Shown here piece by piece: positions 31,406-47,849 of a DNA stretch of 64,000 nucleotides. The DNA is taken from the NCBI RefSeq assembly GCF_009914755.1, contig NC_060928.1; one strand, written 5' to 3'. The translations under genes and the position numbers were made by a program. Source of the DNA: the human T2T-CHM13v2.0 reference genome, Homo sapiens. Below the pieces are notes generated by a model. That model did no database searches and was not told the origin of the DNA. It worked only from the letters and a program-made list of their open reading frames with translations. Each line of letters opens with the position of its first letter. The first letter of the stretch is position 1.

Positions 31406-33809
31406 GGATTAAGTGCTTTTAATGTGCACTGTTGTTTGTTATAGGTTACAGGGAGTTTACTGAGTAGAACTGGTATTTCACATAGCAGTGTATTCGTCTC
31501 TTTAAAATGTCCATGTTTTCTGTCTTAATATAGTCTTTCTTTCTTCTCTTAGGCAAGGCCCAGGGAAGGGCACTCCCCTTTTAAAGACGAGTAACTGAAA
31601 TATCAAAAGTATCACAACATTCTAAGAATAAGTATGATGAGAAAACATTTATCATTCTTCATGGATTCAACGCCTGGAAATAACTCAGCTTGCTTAATAT
31701 CAGTGACATTTCTGGAGGATACTGACAATGTACTGACTCTGACAGTCATGGACATCTAGCCATTTTCCCCATTAATTTTAACTTGTTTTATGTCTAGTTT
31801 CATTAAAACTCTCAGAATACTAGATGTATTTATTCCCGCTACAGTAAAATTGGCAAGAATTTAACTTTTTAAAAAAGCATACTTCAGCATTATGAAATCA
31901 CAGAGGCTAGGCCATGTTCACAGAATTCTATTCTTTACCTCTTCCATTCTCAGGTACTGGCAACAAATTCAGTCTTCAAAAAATGCACAGTTCATGAAAT
32001 GCACAGTTCATGAAATTATACTCTCTCATAAAAATCTTTTGCTTGTTAAATGAAAATTAGCTCAAAAATAGAGGTATTTGCTAATAGACATCCAGTGGCC
32101 ACCCATGGATCTGAATGTTTCAGAAGTCATACAAATGTAGGAGCTTTAGGTTTTCACAATGAAAGGTTGCTATGCTTATAACTCCTCCTTCCTCTACTCT
32201 AGGAATCCATTAATTTTTTCAGTTCCCTAAAAAACAGTACTTAAGAGGGGGAAAAATGCTATTTTTCACCTTACACATAGCAACCAAGTCCAAAATACAG
32301 GGTATATGTCAATGAAATTATCATTTCTACCACATATAGAAAGCCCAGAATGCTTTTAGAAGTTTCAGGGGAATAGCTCACATGTATACTTAACCAGATT
32401 GGGTATGAAAATGACAGAGGAATTGAGGAAAAAATAAAACACCTTTGTATCATATGATCATAAATTCTTTAGTCATACCTCAAATTTCCAAGAACAAAAG
32501 CCTCTCAGGATATAATTTCCATTTCAAAAAAAAATACTGAGAATCCAAATTGGCATAAACTAAAGAATATCTACTCCCAATTCCATTTCTATACCCTGAA
32601 ACTTTGCATCTAGAATTTCAAACGTATCGAAAAAATATTTTTTAAGTAAATACAAACTTCACCATGTGATGGAAGAAAATAAGCACATTTCTACTTCTGG
32701 AAAGAGTACTGTGAATTCAAACACCAGTTACTTGAGGACACAATTAATAGACTTCCAAACAAGCCTAGATCTTGTATGCATATCAAAATCCATATGTCAC
32801 TATTTCTAATTCATTTACATAATCTTTCACCAGTTTGCTTTCCAACTCTGCCAAACCAGTAGTTGGCTCTTCCTGTTTCCATTTCCTGGGGGTATTTTTT
32901 TCTGTAGTCTAATAAAAGGTACTCCATTTTGGTACTGAAATCATCAAGTTTTACCTTCATTCAAACAAAACTATTCTGCTCCTCTTCTCTTACATTAGAG
33001 CCATAACTCTGCTTAAAGTTTCTCCTTGTTCCTATAAACTCCTGTGTTTTTCTTTCCTATACTCCTTGGCAATCTACTTTTTGTGGTGCTGTTAACATAC
33101 ATGGTTTAGTCATGTAGTGGAAAAGGAACAGGTTTTGGGTCCAATAACCTGTATTCAATGATTTCTTCCTTTAAATTGTCTCTAGTATTTACCTCTCACT
33201 CACCATCCCAACCAGTTGGGCTCCTATCTGCCTAAATTACCAATATGACAGCCTCTACACTGTGCTTTTGTCTCAATCCTTATTTTCTCCTTCGCTTACC
33301 AGATTAACCTTTCTACCCCCTTTTATGTCATTCCTGAATTAAAAAAAAAAAAGTTTAATGTGCTATATTAACAGTGCCCAAAACTTCATTTCAGCATTCA
33401 CCAATGTCTATAATCTAGTTTTCCCCAACTACCATTAAACCCATCCAGGCAAGTTTCATTTGTCCTGCCTAGCACTTGACTTGTGCTATTACTTATTCCT
33501 TGAATACTCTCCCTACTTCCCCTCAAGTACTACCAATCTTCAAACATCTACTGAAATCTTCACCTCCTGTATGAAGGTCTCCTTGACTATTCTAGCCCAC
33601 ATGGAACTCTTCCTTCTCTAATCTTTGGTGACAACTTTTATCTCCATCACACAATCAAACACATAATTGGCGGGGGGAAAAAAGCTGTATACACTCATGT
33701 GAGCTATCTTCCCCAACTAGATGGGAATACAGTGGGGACATTTGGTTTGTTTCATATTCATTTTTTTGTTCACCCACATTAAGGACAGAGTGGGGACTAA
33801 ATAATTTGA

Positions 33810-34124
<315 letters not shown>

Positions 34125-34189
34125 TACCAATACAGAATTTTAAATATCTATTGTACTCTTAGTTCTAGGTCTTCTATCAAAAAGTTTAC

Positions 34190-35030
34190 AATAAGGTACA
34201 TTGATAACAGAACTCAAAAAGATGAAAAACACACAATAAAAATGGGCAAGAGTAAGCAGGCATGAAAGGGAGGCATATGAATGGCAAATAAGCACATGAG
34301 AAGATGTTTGGTGTCTTTAAGATATTAGGAAATGCCAATTTAAACCACAATGAGATATCCCTACACATGTACTATAATGCCTAAGCTTAAAAAGACTATC
34401 AAGTGTTGGAAAGGATGTAATGAACTGGGCCTCTAATACACTGCTGATGGGAATATTAAAATGGTACAAACACTTTGTAAAACAATTTGATAGTCTCTGA
34501 AAAATTGAAATTACCCCTATTGTATATTCTAATGATTCCACTCCTAGGTTTTTACTGAACAAAAAAAACCATATGTCTATGCAGATATTTGTATGTAAAT
34601 ATTTATATTGGCTTTAACTGTAGTAGCCAAAACTGGAAACAAGCCAAATGTCTACCAACAGGTAAATGGATGAATAAAATGTGATATAGCCATAAATGGA
34701 ATAGTACTCAGCAATAAACAGAAACTACTGAAATAAGCAATAATATGGATGAATCTCAAGTGCATTATACTGAGTGAAAGAAGCAAGAATCAAAGGCTAC
34801 ATAGAGTTTATAGACAACATAGAAAAAAAAAAACAAAATTATACCAATAGGGCATATACAGTGGTCACTACGGTTTGGGAGTGAGGAAAAGGGTTGACCA
34901 AGAGAATTTTAGTGAATGATAGAACTCTTCTGCATCTCAATTGGGTGGTGGTTACAAGACTACACATTTCACAAAACATGTAGAACTGAACACCAAAAAG
35001 AGTGAATTTTATAGTAAGAATTAAAAATAA
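34190..35030 (+). mobile_element. L1M (MB/MC/ME) 3' region
   Basis: atggcaaataagcacatgagaagatg...aaatggtacaaacactttg...gccaaaactggaaacaagccaaatgtc...atggatgaatctcaa...tgagtgaaagaagc. Confidence 0.88.
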
Positions 35031-35299
35031 GTAATCTCATTGCGCAGACTAAGAGTGTAAGTCATCAATTATCTTGGAATATATCATTACCAACTACTGT
35101 ATTATACTGAGATGAGAAAAAGGAAGAACAGTATTTGTTAATTATTTTGTGGAAAATTCTAAAAATATGCTGACAGAAGTCAAAACAATTTTTTTTGCTG
35201 AACTCAGTAGAACTCTGTCATTTAATAATTTTATTAATATTACATAATCACCAATATTTAGTCATGCCAGATATATACCCACCCCCTCTGCTAGTCAAT

Positions 35300-35880
35300 C
35301 CATCCATTCATTCTCTCAATATTTACTGAACATGAACAACAGACCTGGCACTGTTTCAGGTATGGAAAATGTACAAGTAACAGGCCAGATGAGGTCCTTC
35401 TCTCAGGAGGCTTACATGCTAACTAGCAGAAATGAAGTAAAGAAAGATCATTCTGACAGGTACTGCTATGAAGAGAGACAAAGAAGGTGATGTGTTAGAA
35501 GGCAGGGGATGACCACTTTCAATAAGAAGATCAAGGAAGGCCTCTCTGGGAGGGTGACATTTGAACTAATCCTAAGTGACAAGAAAGAGGCAGGAAACCA
35601 AAATCAGGAGGCATAGCCTTCTTGGCAGAGGCACCAGTAAGTACAGAGGACCCCAAAAGGAAGGGGGCTTGGTTTGTGGAAACCACAGAAAGGTCAGTGT
35701 GGGGAATGAGCAAGGAGGAACAGATACTAAATATAGCAATCAGGGGCCTGGTAATTTAGTGTCTTACAGACCCTAAATTATTTTACTTTCTGCTGCTTGC
35801 AATGAGAAGCCACCAGAGGGCTTTAAACTATCAGCCACATAATCTGATTTACGTTTTTAAAAGATCCATCTGGCTGCCTA
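35300..35880 (-). mobile_element. L2 3' region
   Basis: catccattcattctctcaatatttactgaac...ggaaggcctctctgggagggtgacatttgaact...atctgatttacgtttttaaaagatc. Confidence 0.8.
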
Positions 35881-36835
35881 TTATTTAGGATAGTCTGCTT
35901 TCTTCTTCTCTATCTCAAATACCTGCTTCTTCATTTGCCTTCACTATAGGGCCTTAGGCAAATCACGAATACTGTCTCCGTCTCAGTTTTCATATCTGTA
36001 AAATAGTGACGGCAGTCACCAGCAAGTGCCAAAACTCTCACAGTTAAATATTTAACTCTGAGGCTGACTGCAGTCTCATTTCTATTCTCACCTTCCCAGG
36101 ACACTGCCTCATCAATCCTCTTGTCTCTCTCACATTTTCAGTCTCAGCACAAGTCCATTGCCCTCTTCATATTTCACCTGCCAAACAAAATCCTTACTCT
36201 GAACCTGCCATTTCTTTGCGCTACCATCTCCTCCATTTAACCACTTTTGCTGTCACCAAAACAGATGACAAAGCAAATATACTCCCAAGAGTAAGCATTG
36301 TGCCTCCACCCCATGCCCCAGGTTCTCCTCTTCAATGTTCATTTACTCCTTAGCCAATCACAATCCAATCCAATCCCTTCTTGAAAATCACCAGCACCCA
36401 TCTGTCAATGGCTCTTAGGTTCTATTCCTGGTCTTCCCAACCCTCTGGTAGAAAACCACTATCTCCCACTGGAAGAAAAGGATAAGGTAACAAAGACAAA
36501 AAGGCAGGATTCTATTCCCAGCTGTGTTACTAGCTACTTTGTATGATACTGGAGAAGCCATGCTGTTTCTCTGGGCATTAGTTTCAGTATCCATGCCCAT
36601 AGTGGGTCAGATTTCTAGATAGTCTTGGAGCCCTTCTACTGGAAATTCTAAGACTACCTGATTCTTCCCTTTGGCATCTATGACTTAAGCACGATCTTGG
36701 TTCTCTACATAATTCTGTCTCCTTCATTAGGATGCGTTGTTCATCTTCTCAGTGGGGCACTATTCCTCCAAGTTCCTAACAAAATGCACTTTAAACTGTA
36801 CTTGAGTCACTATATACATTCCCTCCCTGGGTAAT

Positions 36836-36880
36836 ATTACTTTTAACAGCAAAAACCACAATTACTTTTGCACCAGTCTA
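36836..36880. mobile_element. MADE1 (Hsmar1-derived mariner MITE), one half
   Basis: ATTACTTTTAACAGCAAAAACCACAATTACTTTTGCACCAGTCTAA matches the MADE1 spacer and right TIR. The left TIR is absent. Confidence 0.8.
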
Positions 36881-37060
36881 ACAGCATCCACAGGGACTCC
36901 CTCAATTGCAATTTCTATGAAGAGGCCTCCCTGACCTCCAGACCAACATCGCCACCTATATGAAGAATGTTTCCAATCATAGGTAGGTCTGGCACTTAAA
37001 ACTCATGTAGCCAAAGTAACAGTACTTCTGCTCCAAACCTATTATTGACCTCTTCATTTC

Positions 37061-37353
37061 TTTTTCTTTTTCTTTTTTTTTTTTGAGAGAGAATCTCGCT
37101 CTGTCACCCAGGCTGAAGTGTAGTACACGGTCTCGGTTCACTGCAACGTCCACCTCCCACGTTCAAGCGATTCTTGCGTCTCAGCCTCCTGAGTAGCTAG
37201 GATTACAGACACAAATCACCATGCCCTGCTAATTTTTGTATTTTTAGTAGAGATGGGGTTTCACCATGTTGGCCAGGCTGGTCTCAAACTCCTGGCCTCA
37301 AGTGATGTGCCTACCTTGGCCACCCAAAAGGCTGGGATTACACTGTGCCTGGC
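37061..37353 (-). mobile_element. AluS with TSD and a small deletion near its 5' end
   Basis: T-rich tail then gagagagaatctcgctctgtcacccaggc; ga(c/t)ctcttcatttct flanks both sides. Confidence 0.95.
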
Positions 37354-37499
37354 TGATCTCTTCATTTCTCTTACTCACCATTATCCATGGGAGTTAAGCT
37401 CATAACATGATGTTTTTGCCGATTTTCCACATACTTTACTATTTCTACTCAAATATCAACTCCTCCCCTTCCTCTTCCTTAACAATTTAGTCCTAAAAT

Positions 37500-38780
37500 C
37501 ATTACATAAGACACAGCAAAGTAGGTATCCACAGTGAAGAAAGGGGGTGGCCAACTGTGGTGGCTTATAGTTGGGTCTATCAAGCCCAAGGGTGGCTCAG
37601 AAACCTGATGTGGAAGGTCAGAGTCAAGCAGAGACAGGAGGGCACCTGTGTGTTTGTGTGGTCTAGTGGAGGGTGTCCGAACCCCAGCAGGGTGAGGACA
37701 GCCCAGCACGGGAGTCTGTGCCTCGGTGGGATAAGGAGGGCAGCCATAGAAAGGGGGGGTGTCCCTATGACCCAGAATGTGGCATTAGACTGTAATCAGA
37801 AAGAGGAAAAGTGTCTTCAGGGATGGGAACCCTCCTTGAAGAAATGGCCAATTCCAGATCTGGGTCAGGAAAAGTACAAGATGGGCCTAAAGCAAGGATG
37901 TGCTCAAGGAATGATAGGGACAAGGCAAAGGGACACAGAAACCACTCTCAATGGGCTTCCATTGGCTTAATCAGGAATATTCTGACCATCAAAAATTAGG
38001 ACAGTAACAGTATGTACGTAACTCACTTCACAAAACAAAAAACAATGACGCCATGCTGATATACATAAATATCTGAATAAACAAAGTCTGATGAAGAATG
38101 GGGTGCTTACACAGTTTCAAAGTACCTTCCACAAAATATATTCTAATAGCAAAAGGAAAAGAGTAACTTTATCATGGAGAAACCCTGCAAACAGCACCTG
38201 AATCAAGTGGTCTAAGTATAGTAATAACCCAAACAGAAATCACATGCCACCTGACAGGATGCAATGAGAAGAATGCACAAAACAGAGCTGGGAGTAGAAT
38301 CCTGCCCTTCTGTCTTTCTGTTACATTATCATTCCATTCCAGCGGGAGACAGTGGTACAAAAGCTGATGTTAAGGTTGGGGAGACCATGATATTCCTGCC
38401 AAAGGTACATCTGTTGAATCTAATCATGAGGAAACATACCAGAAAACCCAATGGAAAGACTTTCTACCAAATAACTGCCCTTTAATTTTCAAAAGCAGTA
38501 TCAAGTCATGAAATCTAGAAAAGACTGAGGAACTATCCCAGACTAAAGAGACATGACAACTAAGCACAATACATAATTCTGAACTGGATCCTTTTGCTAT
38601 AAAAGGCATTATTGGGACAAACAGCAAAAGAGTAGATGCCAGTAACTTACCCATACTAATTTCTGGATTTTAATGGTTATATTCTCATTATGTAAGTGAA
38701 TGTCCTTGATGCTAGGAGTTCTCTATAATATACTTTCTTTTTTGTAAATTTGTGATTATTTCAAAATCAATTTTTATACA
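37500..38780 (+). mobile_element. L1MC/MD-type 3' UTR region
   Basis: atggagaaaccctgcaaacagcacctgaatcaagtgg...aatctaatcatgaggaaaca...aagactgaggaactatcccagactaaagagacatgacaactaa...ctgaactggatcc. Confidence 0.75.
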
Positions 38781-41700
38781 AAAGATAGACGCTTACATAG
38801 GCTTTTTCTGTAATATCTCAAACCTGTCCCCTTCTATTACCCCCAACATCTTTACTCCAGAAAGCCTAGCTCTCATCCTTCTACACAGCTGAAATAATTT
38901 CTTAACAAGGCTCTTTATACTCCTATCCACCCTACAAACACACTGCCCAATAAGGTTTCCCCAAGTGCACTTCCTCTCCTGCCATGTCCTGCTCCAATAT
39001 TTCCATAACAACTCACTACCTACCAAGTTAAGTACAAATTTCTTAGTGTAAATTTCAAATTCAACTCCCTTCTAGTTCCAACTAGCCTCTTCCAGGTTTT
39101 CTCACCCCCAACCCCGACATCACAGCCCACCACGCGGCTCAACCACACTCAGTGTTTTCTCCCCATCTCCAGGATTTTGCTCACAGAGCTCCCTCCTCCA
39201 GTAAGTACCCACTACCCACTCCCTGCAAGATTTTCAATGCTAAGTGTAAATACCAACTCTGATCATCCCCCACCTCCCCATTTTCCAAGACTTGCCCATA
39301 TAACCTCTCCCTGCCAGAATATCTAAAGTCAATTTTGCCACTTACGAGCCAAATTTCAGTTTCATATCAGAGTTTTCATATATTTATCTCAAAAACTCCT
39401 AATATATAAGGTGAATATTCGTTACATACCAATGAAGTATTCATCAGAAATGAAATTAAGTCATAGCCACAGTTATGAATCCAGATGGCCAGCTATTATC
39501 TCATACTCCATCCCTAAGGTATTAACTTTTTAAGCATTCAAATTACTTTTTTTTGTCCTGTTTCCTTCCTTAAACTACAGTTTTCTATTTCTAGCACAAA
39601 ATACAAACAATTTCCACCACTTTTCTACATAAAAATTTTGGCCTTAGCCATACCACTAACAATCATAAATCCAGAAGTTTCTAGAGCATAAATTAACAAG
39701 TGCTTATATGTAATTACATTTTAACTTCATCACCACCTTACTATATAAGGAACAAAATAAAACTCTTAAAACTAAAAACAAATCCTATACTTCACAAGTT
39801 TAAAACCAGAGACCCTAATGTTTAAAATGAAGACGCTATCCATTTAACATGCTTTTATTTTTCCTCGGTTTTCATTAATAAATGTTGGAATGTCATCAAA
39901 GATATCCAAGTTAATGGCTATATTTAAATGTAATCAAGAAGCTAATATTTTTCTCTCAATTTGAATTTAGTAAACGAAACAAAATGATATATTATTTAGC
40001 AGTGGGGGTATATTTTTATCAGCAAATGAACAGTACAAAACTAAAGCAACAGCTGAAAGTGAAGAAAAAAGTACTACTTTGCAGAAAAACATAATGACAT
40101 CAAAGTATGAAGAGAAGCAAAGTGTTGCTCCTAAATTAGTGGTGATCAATATAACATCTGCTATTACTGTAACATTCCAAGGACAGAAAAGGTCAGACAC
40201 ACCTAGAATTTCAATATTGCAAAAGGCAACATGGAATATCAAATCTATAAGTAATATCTCCATAGTAAGAACTTTACATTCAAAAGTCTAAGTCCGTAGT
40301 ATGTCACCGGTATGAAAATTGCATTAAGTGGAATAATTTGAGGTTATCTAACTGAAACCATGGCTTTTATCTCAGCATCATTTTTAAAGTATGATGTAAA
40401 TAATAAACCAATATTTTAGATGATAAGAGGCAGACATACTGACATATAAACCTACGATATTTGTGATGTTTAAAAATGAAACTCACAAAAGTACACTGTA
40501 CATAGTGATTTGTGTATTATAAAACACTTAATTTTTTTATTATCACCACTCTTCCCAGAAATATAAGCGAATGAAAAATGAATATCAGGAGAAACAACTC
40601 TCATTTTAAAATAATTTACAAAAATATTTAAAATATTTACCTGGTGAAATTCTAGGTACATTAGCAATTTCAAAATCAAAATATTATGAGACAAATAATA
40701 AGTAAAAGAAAGTTACATGTTTTCATTCCCAAATGACCTAAGCAATGCTGTAATGGATTTATGTATTAGAGTAAGCACCAATACACTCTCTCTCTCTCAG
40801 ACACACACCCTACCATTCTTTCAGACATTGCATTACATGGAAATATTTCCTTCTCAACTGTTTATATTGAAAGTTTAGTAAAAGGGCAAACTTTGTCACA
40901 AACTCCCCGAATTCTGATGTTTGGTTTGTCATATAATGTGAGTTTCAAGGAAACTTCAGGGGCAATTGAAAAATAAAAGAATAAATATAGGTTATTTACT
41001 AAACTGTTTCATTCTATCGTGAAAAAAAATCAGCACATATTAAGATAAATCCTAATTACTGTTCTTGTAACCTACCAAAATATGCCCTTTGAAATAGTAA
41101 ACTTTACATTTAAAAGTCTAAGTCAATGTTAGCCCTGTGTTATGATGCTATCAAAGTGACTATGACTATCGCCATAAACAGCCAGTGTTATGTCAACAGA
41201 AATGCCCTGTTTCCATGAGGAATTGTATAAATAAGAAGAACAAGGAATTCATAGTAAGTTTCAGAGTTTATTTTTTCTTTAAATCTGGTTTTAAAAAAAC
41301 ACAACTGCTCCTCTTTTCAAGTAAAATCATAGATCGCCCCTCCTCATTTTTTCTTTAAAATGGTAAATGGAAATGATATTTTTCTCCCCAGACTACCCTG
41401 AAAACCATGAAGCTAGACTTGAGAATACAAAATACTTGAAACTAAATTAGCAAGTATGTTAAAGGATACTCTATTTTGATTCTTCAAAGGAAATTACACT
41501 GGCAGCTCTTGGGGCACATTAGTGATCAGCAAAATGATTAGTTCAACTTAATCACTTTAAAATGAAGAAACTGAGGCTCAGAGCGGTTTTGTTGATGTCC
41601 AAGCAGACAGGGGAGTTCTAATCCACCTGACACAACTAGGTCCGGCGTCCATTCTAAGGGCTTTACATTTAGCTTTGTCATAATTTACTTTACAATTTGG

Positions 41701-41968
41701 TGCTCAGACAATCCATTCACTGGAAATCATTAACAGATGACTTTCGTCACCACTCTCACTGAATGCCCACAGACTGAAATAAAGACAACACACACCTCAC
41801 AGCCATTACTCATTTCTGTCAGTTTAAAAAATTAACCTGAGCAAGAATCATTTTTCCTATTTGAATAGAACACTCCTTCCTCAAAATAATATTCAGTAAC
41901 ACTAATACAAATAATGTAATATCTTCTTTCTTCATTAACCTCCAAAGCGTGTATAGAAGAGAACAGAC

Positions 41969-42670
41969 CAGCAGTTCTCAGCTTCTGGATCTCAGAACTC
42001 CTTTTCATTCTTAAAAAGTATGAAGGATCCCAAAGAGCATTTGTTTATGTGAGTTACAGTTATTGCTACTGTATTGGAAATTAAAACTAAAATTAAATTA
42101 TTTAAGTTAAAAATTAAAACTAATATTAAATTAGTTTAAATTAAAAATTAAAACAAATGTTTTAAAATCATTTAAAAATAAGTGATTGCATATTAACATA
42201 AACAATATGAAAACTGTTTATGAAACAATATTTCCCCAAACAAAAATCCTTAGTGAGAAGAGTGGCACTGTTTAACATTTTTGCAAGACTACTGTCACAC
42301 TTAATAGAAGACTGCTGGATTTTCATTGCTACGTGTGGTGCTATGTTTTTCTTCAAGTACATAGAGAAAATCTCATCTCATATAGATATGTTGTTGGGAA
42401 AGGGGAAGAATATTTTAATGGTCATTTCAGATAATTGTAGATATGAATCTTTGATACTATACTGAAAAATAACACTGAATAGTTCCTTAAAGGTTAGTTT
42501 CAATGTGGAATCTGAAACAACATCAGTGAAATTTTCATACAAGATTATATCAAAATCCATTGATCTGTGTTCCATTTTGGGTGGATATTTTAACAAAGCA
42601 TGATTTCTGACTGTGTGAACTTCCTTGAAAAGGTCTCAGGAACCCTCAAACCATGATTTGACATCTACCA
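41969..42670. mobile_element. Charlie1-family hAT DNA transposon remnant, internally deleted
   Basis: Left end cagcagttctcagc...ggatctcagaactcc...ttcttaaaaagtatgaaggatcccaaagagc; right end ccttgaaaaggtctcaggaaccc. The minus-strand frame resembles an hAT transposase C-terminus. Confidence 0.8.
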
Positions 42671-43659
42671 GAAAATACTGCAGTTCAAGGTTCAACCTAA
42701 TGATGAAGGATACTATTAGACCTAGAAGCAGTATACACTGCCTTGATCCTTTATGATATTTAATTCATTAACCTATTCAACATTCCCTGAAATGAGTTAT
42801 CATCATATTTTAAGAAATAGGCAAAAAGGTTGGGTTTTTTGTTCAAAATAAGAGACTAAGGATGATACTTGGACAAGGTTAAATTAAATATTATAACATG
42901 TAGACTGAACTCTAGAAAAACAACTAAATTTCCTCTGATCCTTGAGCTTTTACTCTGGTAATCATCAAAACAAATAGGTTTGGATAGTATTCACCAAGAA
43001 AAGCTGTAAAGAATCATTAATCTATAAGAGATATCAAATCACGTTAAAGCTTTAAAGTTTTTAGGAAATTTAGCTGGCACAAAACTAGTATGTATATGAG
43101 CAGAATGAATCCCTGTTGACTGTATTAACAAATACATAAGGAATTTTGGAATACTCAAGAGGAGACACAAGACAATGCTTCCTGTGCCTATGAATGCAGG
43201 ATAGGCTCAAGGTCACTAATTCATACTAACATGTCTAAGGCTATGCATGGGTCATTGGACCATCAGGAGGGCTTCTTGAGTGGAGCATGAAAACTACATT
43301 TAAAATAGTAGAAATAGGGATATAGAACAAACATAAGAGACAATCATTTGAGCTTACTGCATCTGTAATATTTCTACCAGAAACATCATTACTCAAAGCA
43401 ATAGTTTTCAAAAATAAAAAAGCATAAATAGAACTGTAATAACAAAGGTATAGTGCATAATCATTTTTAAAATATGAGTTTAATCATAAGAGATTATCAA
43501 ATATTTACTTTAACAAGTGCTTAAATATTTTAAGTATTTCTTTATAAGATTCTGTGGAATTTCATACAATGAAGAAAAAGAAAACTAAAAATATGAAAAC
43601 TAAAAATTATAAAACAATTTCATAATAGCAAAACATATACAATGCATACTAACATACTG

Positions 43660-43820
43660 GAAGGAATTCAAAGTATTTCTCATAAATTATCTCATTTAAA
43701 TTGTCTTAACTACCTTTGAGATGGGTACTATTTAATCCCCTTATACAGTTGAGAAAACTAAACAATTAAGTAGCAGAGTTGGGATTTCAACCAGTTATGC
43801 TGTTAACTACCAGGCTATAC
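43660..43820 (-). mobile_element. MIR
   Basis: ttatctcatttaa...gagatgggtactatttaatccccttatacagttgagaaaact...gcagagttgggatttcaacc. Confidence 0.7.
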
Positions 43821-45213
43821 TACCTCATACCAGCTCACTAAAAACATCATTTACAAAAATATTCACAACACATGAAAAAAGTCCTTCTCTAAAAGTAAAG
43901 CAAAGCACTAGCAGTAAAACACATGCTCAATTTGGTTCTGATGGCAGCCATGCTATCTCATGACTTGTGTTAGAACTTATAATTTAAGAGACAGCATCAG
44001 AATATGATTAAATAGTTCATGCTGTGGGGAAACTATAAAAATGTATCCTTTATGAAATGTTTGCTTCCATAAGCAAGAAAAGCAAGGTTTGAGGCAATGA
44101 CAATAAGAAGAATACATAAAGTTTTTGCTTTTGGTTTGGAAAAAAATAGAATAAGAGAAAGCCACAGCAATACATGTAAACCCTATATCCTGTTAATGGG
44201 ATGGACATATTCCCCACAAAATAATTTTTAATGAAATAAAGGAAACTATCCACATAGTTCTGGATGCCAAAGGAATGAACTATACTAAGGAAATCTATTC
44301 TTTATATAGTCCATAAAGGAATAATTTATCACAACCATGTAATAAAAACAGTACTGAAGCAAAGTCCAATCCAAGTATTCACTGTATAACTTAGAACCAC
44401 CCTTTATAGTCATATCTAAAACCTCTTCCTTGTTTTTTCTAAATATATACAACATGCTATCTGCAACAAGGAAAGCCAAGAGATATTTTACAGTAAATAA
44501 AATATGTCTTCTTGCAGATCTGAAAAGTTATAAATATACCAATTCAAAACTGCAGTGACATATTTCACTTCCAATATAAGTAAGAAAGCAAGATTGTCCA
44601 CTTAGTAATTTTAGATATGCTGAGTCTTTAAAAGCTCTCAACAGTTAAGGAAATGATTTATTTGTATTGAAAAACCACAACTTTCATATAATTAACCTAC
44701 TTAGAAAAGGGCAGAAGGGAGGGAAGCCTGTGGGTAACAGATACAGGATTCAATTTTAGCTTTCACAACCGATGAAGTGATGATTAATAAAGAAAGCCAT
44801 AATAAAAAAAAGGACTAAGACCACAAATAAACTAACTTAAAGCAATTTTAGTAAACCGGCAAACAGCTAAAGGAAAAAAAATCTAGTACTGGTCTGCTAA
44901 ATTACTGTATTTACAATAGTAACTGGCAGTAAAACATAAATTTTCCGAACACCTAAAACAGGAAATGGGGAGTGCGGGACACCTACATATGCCCCTTCAA
45001 AATCAATGCAGATATTTTCTAAGACATTTTAAGAATGCTTTTTCCCTCTACTTCAAAAAAATAACATTATATCAACATGCAAAGTGGAGCAACATATGAC
45101 CATCCTTAAAACAGTAATCTGAAATGTGTTTAAATTTATCAACTGTAAAGATAATGCTAACCTTCAACATGTATAAAGCCATGACTTCCAAAAAAATGGA
45201 GAAAACCAACTTA

Positions 45214-46986
<1,773 letters not shown>

Positions 46987-47849
46987 TTACATTAAAAAAT
47001 TAGAGTCAGTTATAGCAATATTACTCTAAAAGACATTCTAAAATTGCATTTGCTAAGCCACAAAACATATTCTACTTATTATGAGCAACATTTCTAGCTA
47101 ATTTAAAACTGTTACCTTTTTGGATGCTGACATAACAGAGTATTGACTACAGCTTGTCGAGATGTCAGAACAAGAGAAGCGATCATATAAAACTGTTTTG
47201 GATCTAAATAAAAGTAACATGTTTGCTATAATACAGTCTTTAGAGTCTGCAAAAAATATTTACAAATGTTAACTTATTAGATATTCAAAGTAATCCTGGG
47301 AATTATTAAGGCAGGCAAAAAAAGGTAACTGAGGACTTAGTGAAGTGGGTGGCTTGCCCAAAGTCAAAGACATGGTGACAAAGTTGGGTTTAAATCTAAA
47401 TCTTTTGACTCCAATGCCTTTGGAGTCTTTGGATCATATAGAAGCTGCCTTCCATATTTAATTCATGGCCTTGTTAAAAACAATATGGAAATGTAATTAA
47501 AGTTACTCTTTCCAAACATAAACATACCAAGTGAATTATCATAGGAAAAATAATTTTTGATTTTTTTAAAAGTAAGACTCTCTTTAGATTAGTGATGAAG
47601 ATAATTTAATGTCAGTTCTGAAAAGATCTATACATTCTGATAAAGATGGTCCATATCTCAGAAGGGCTGTATGACAATTCAGGAATGACTGGTGTCTTCT
47701 CTGTATTTCAGTACTGGCAAGGACTTTGACATGCACCCTGACCTGTGCATGGTACCAGTGGTACCTCTGCTAGAACGACTGCCAACAACCAGAAATGTTT
47801 ACTCTCAATGGTAAATGGTGACTTTTGAGAGGAGCCCCGAAAATTTAAG

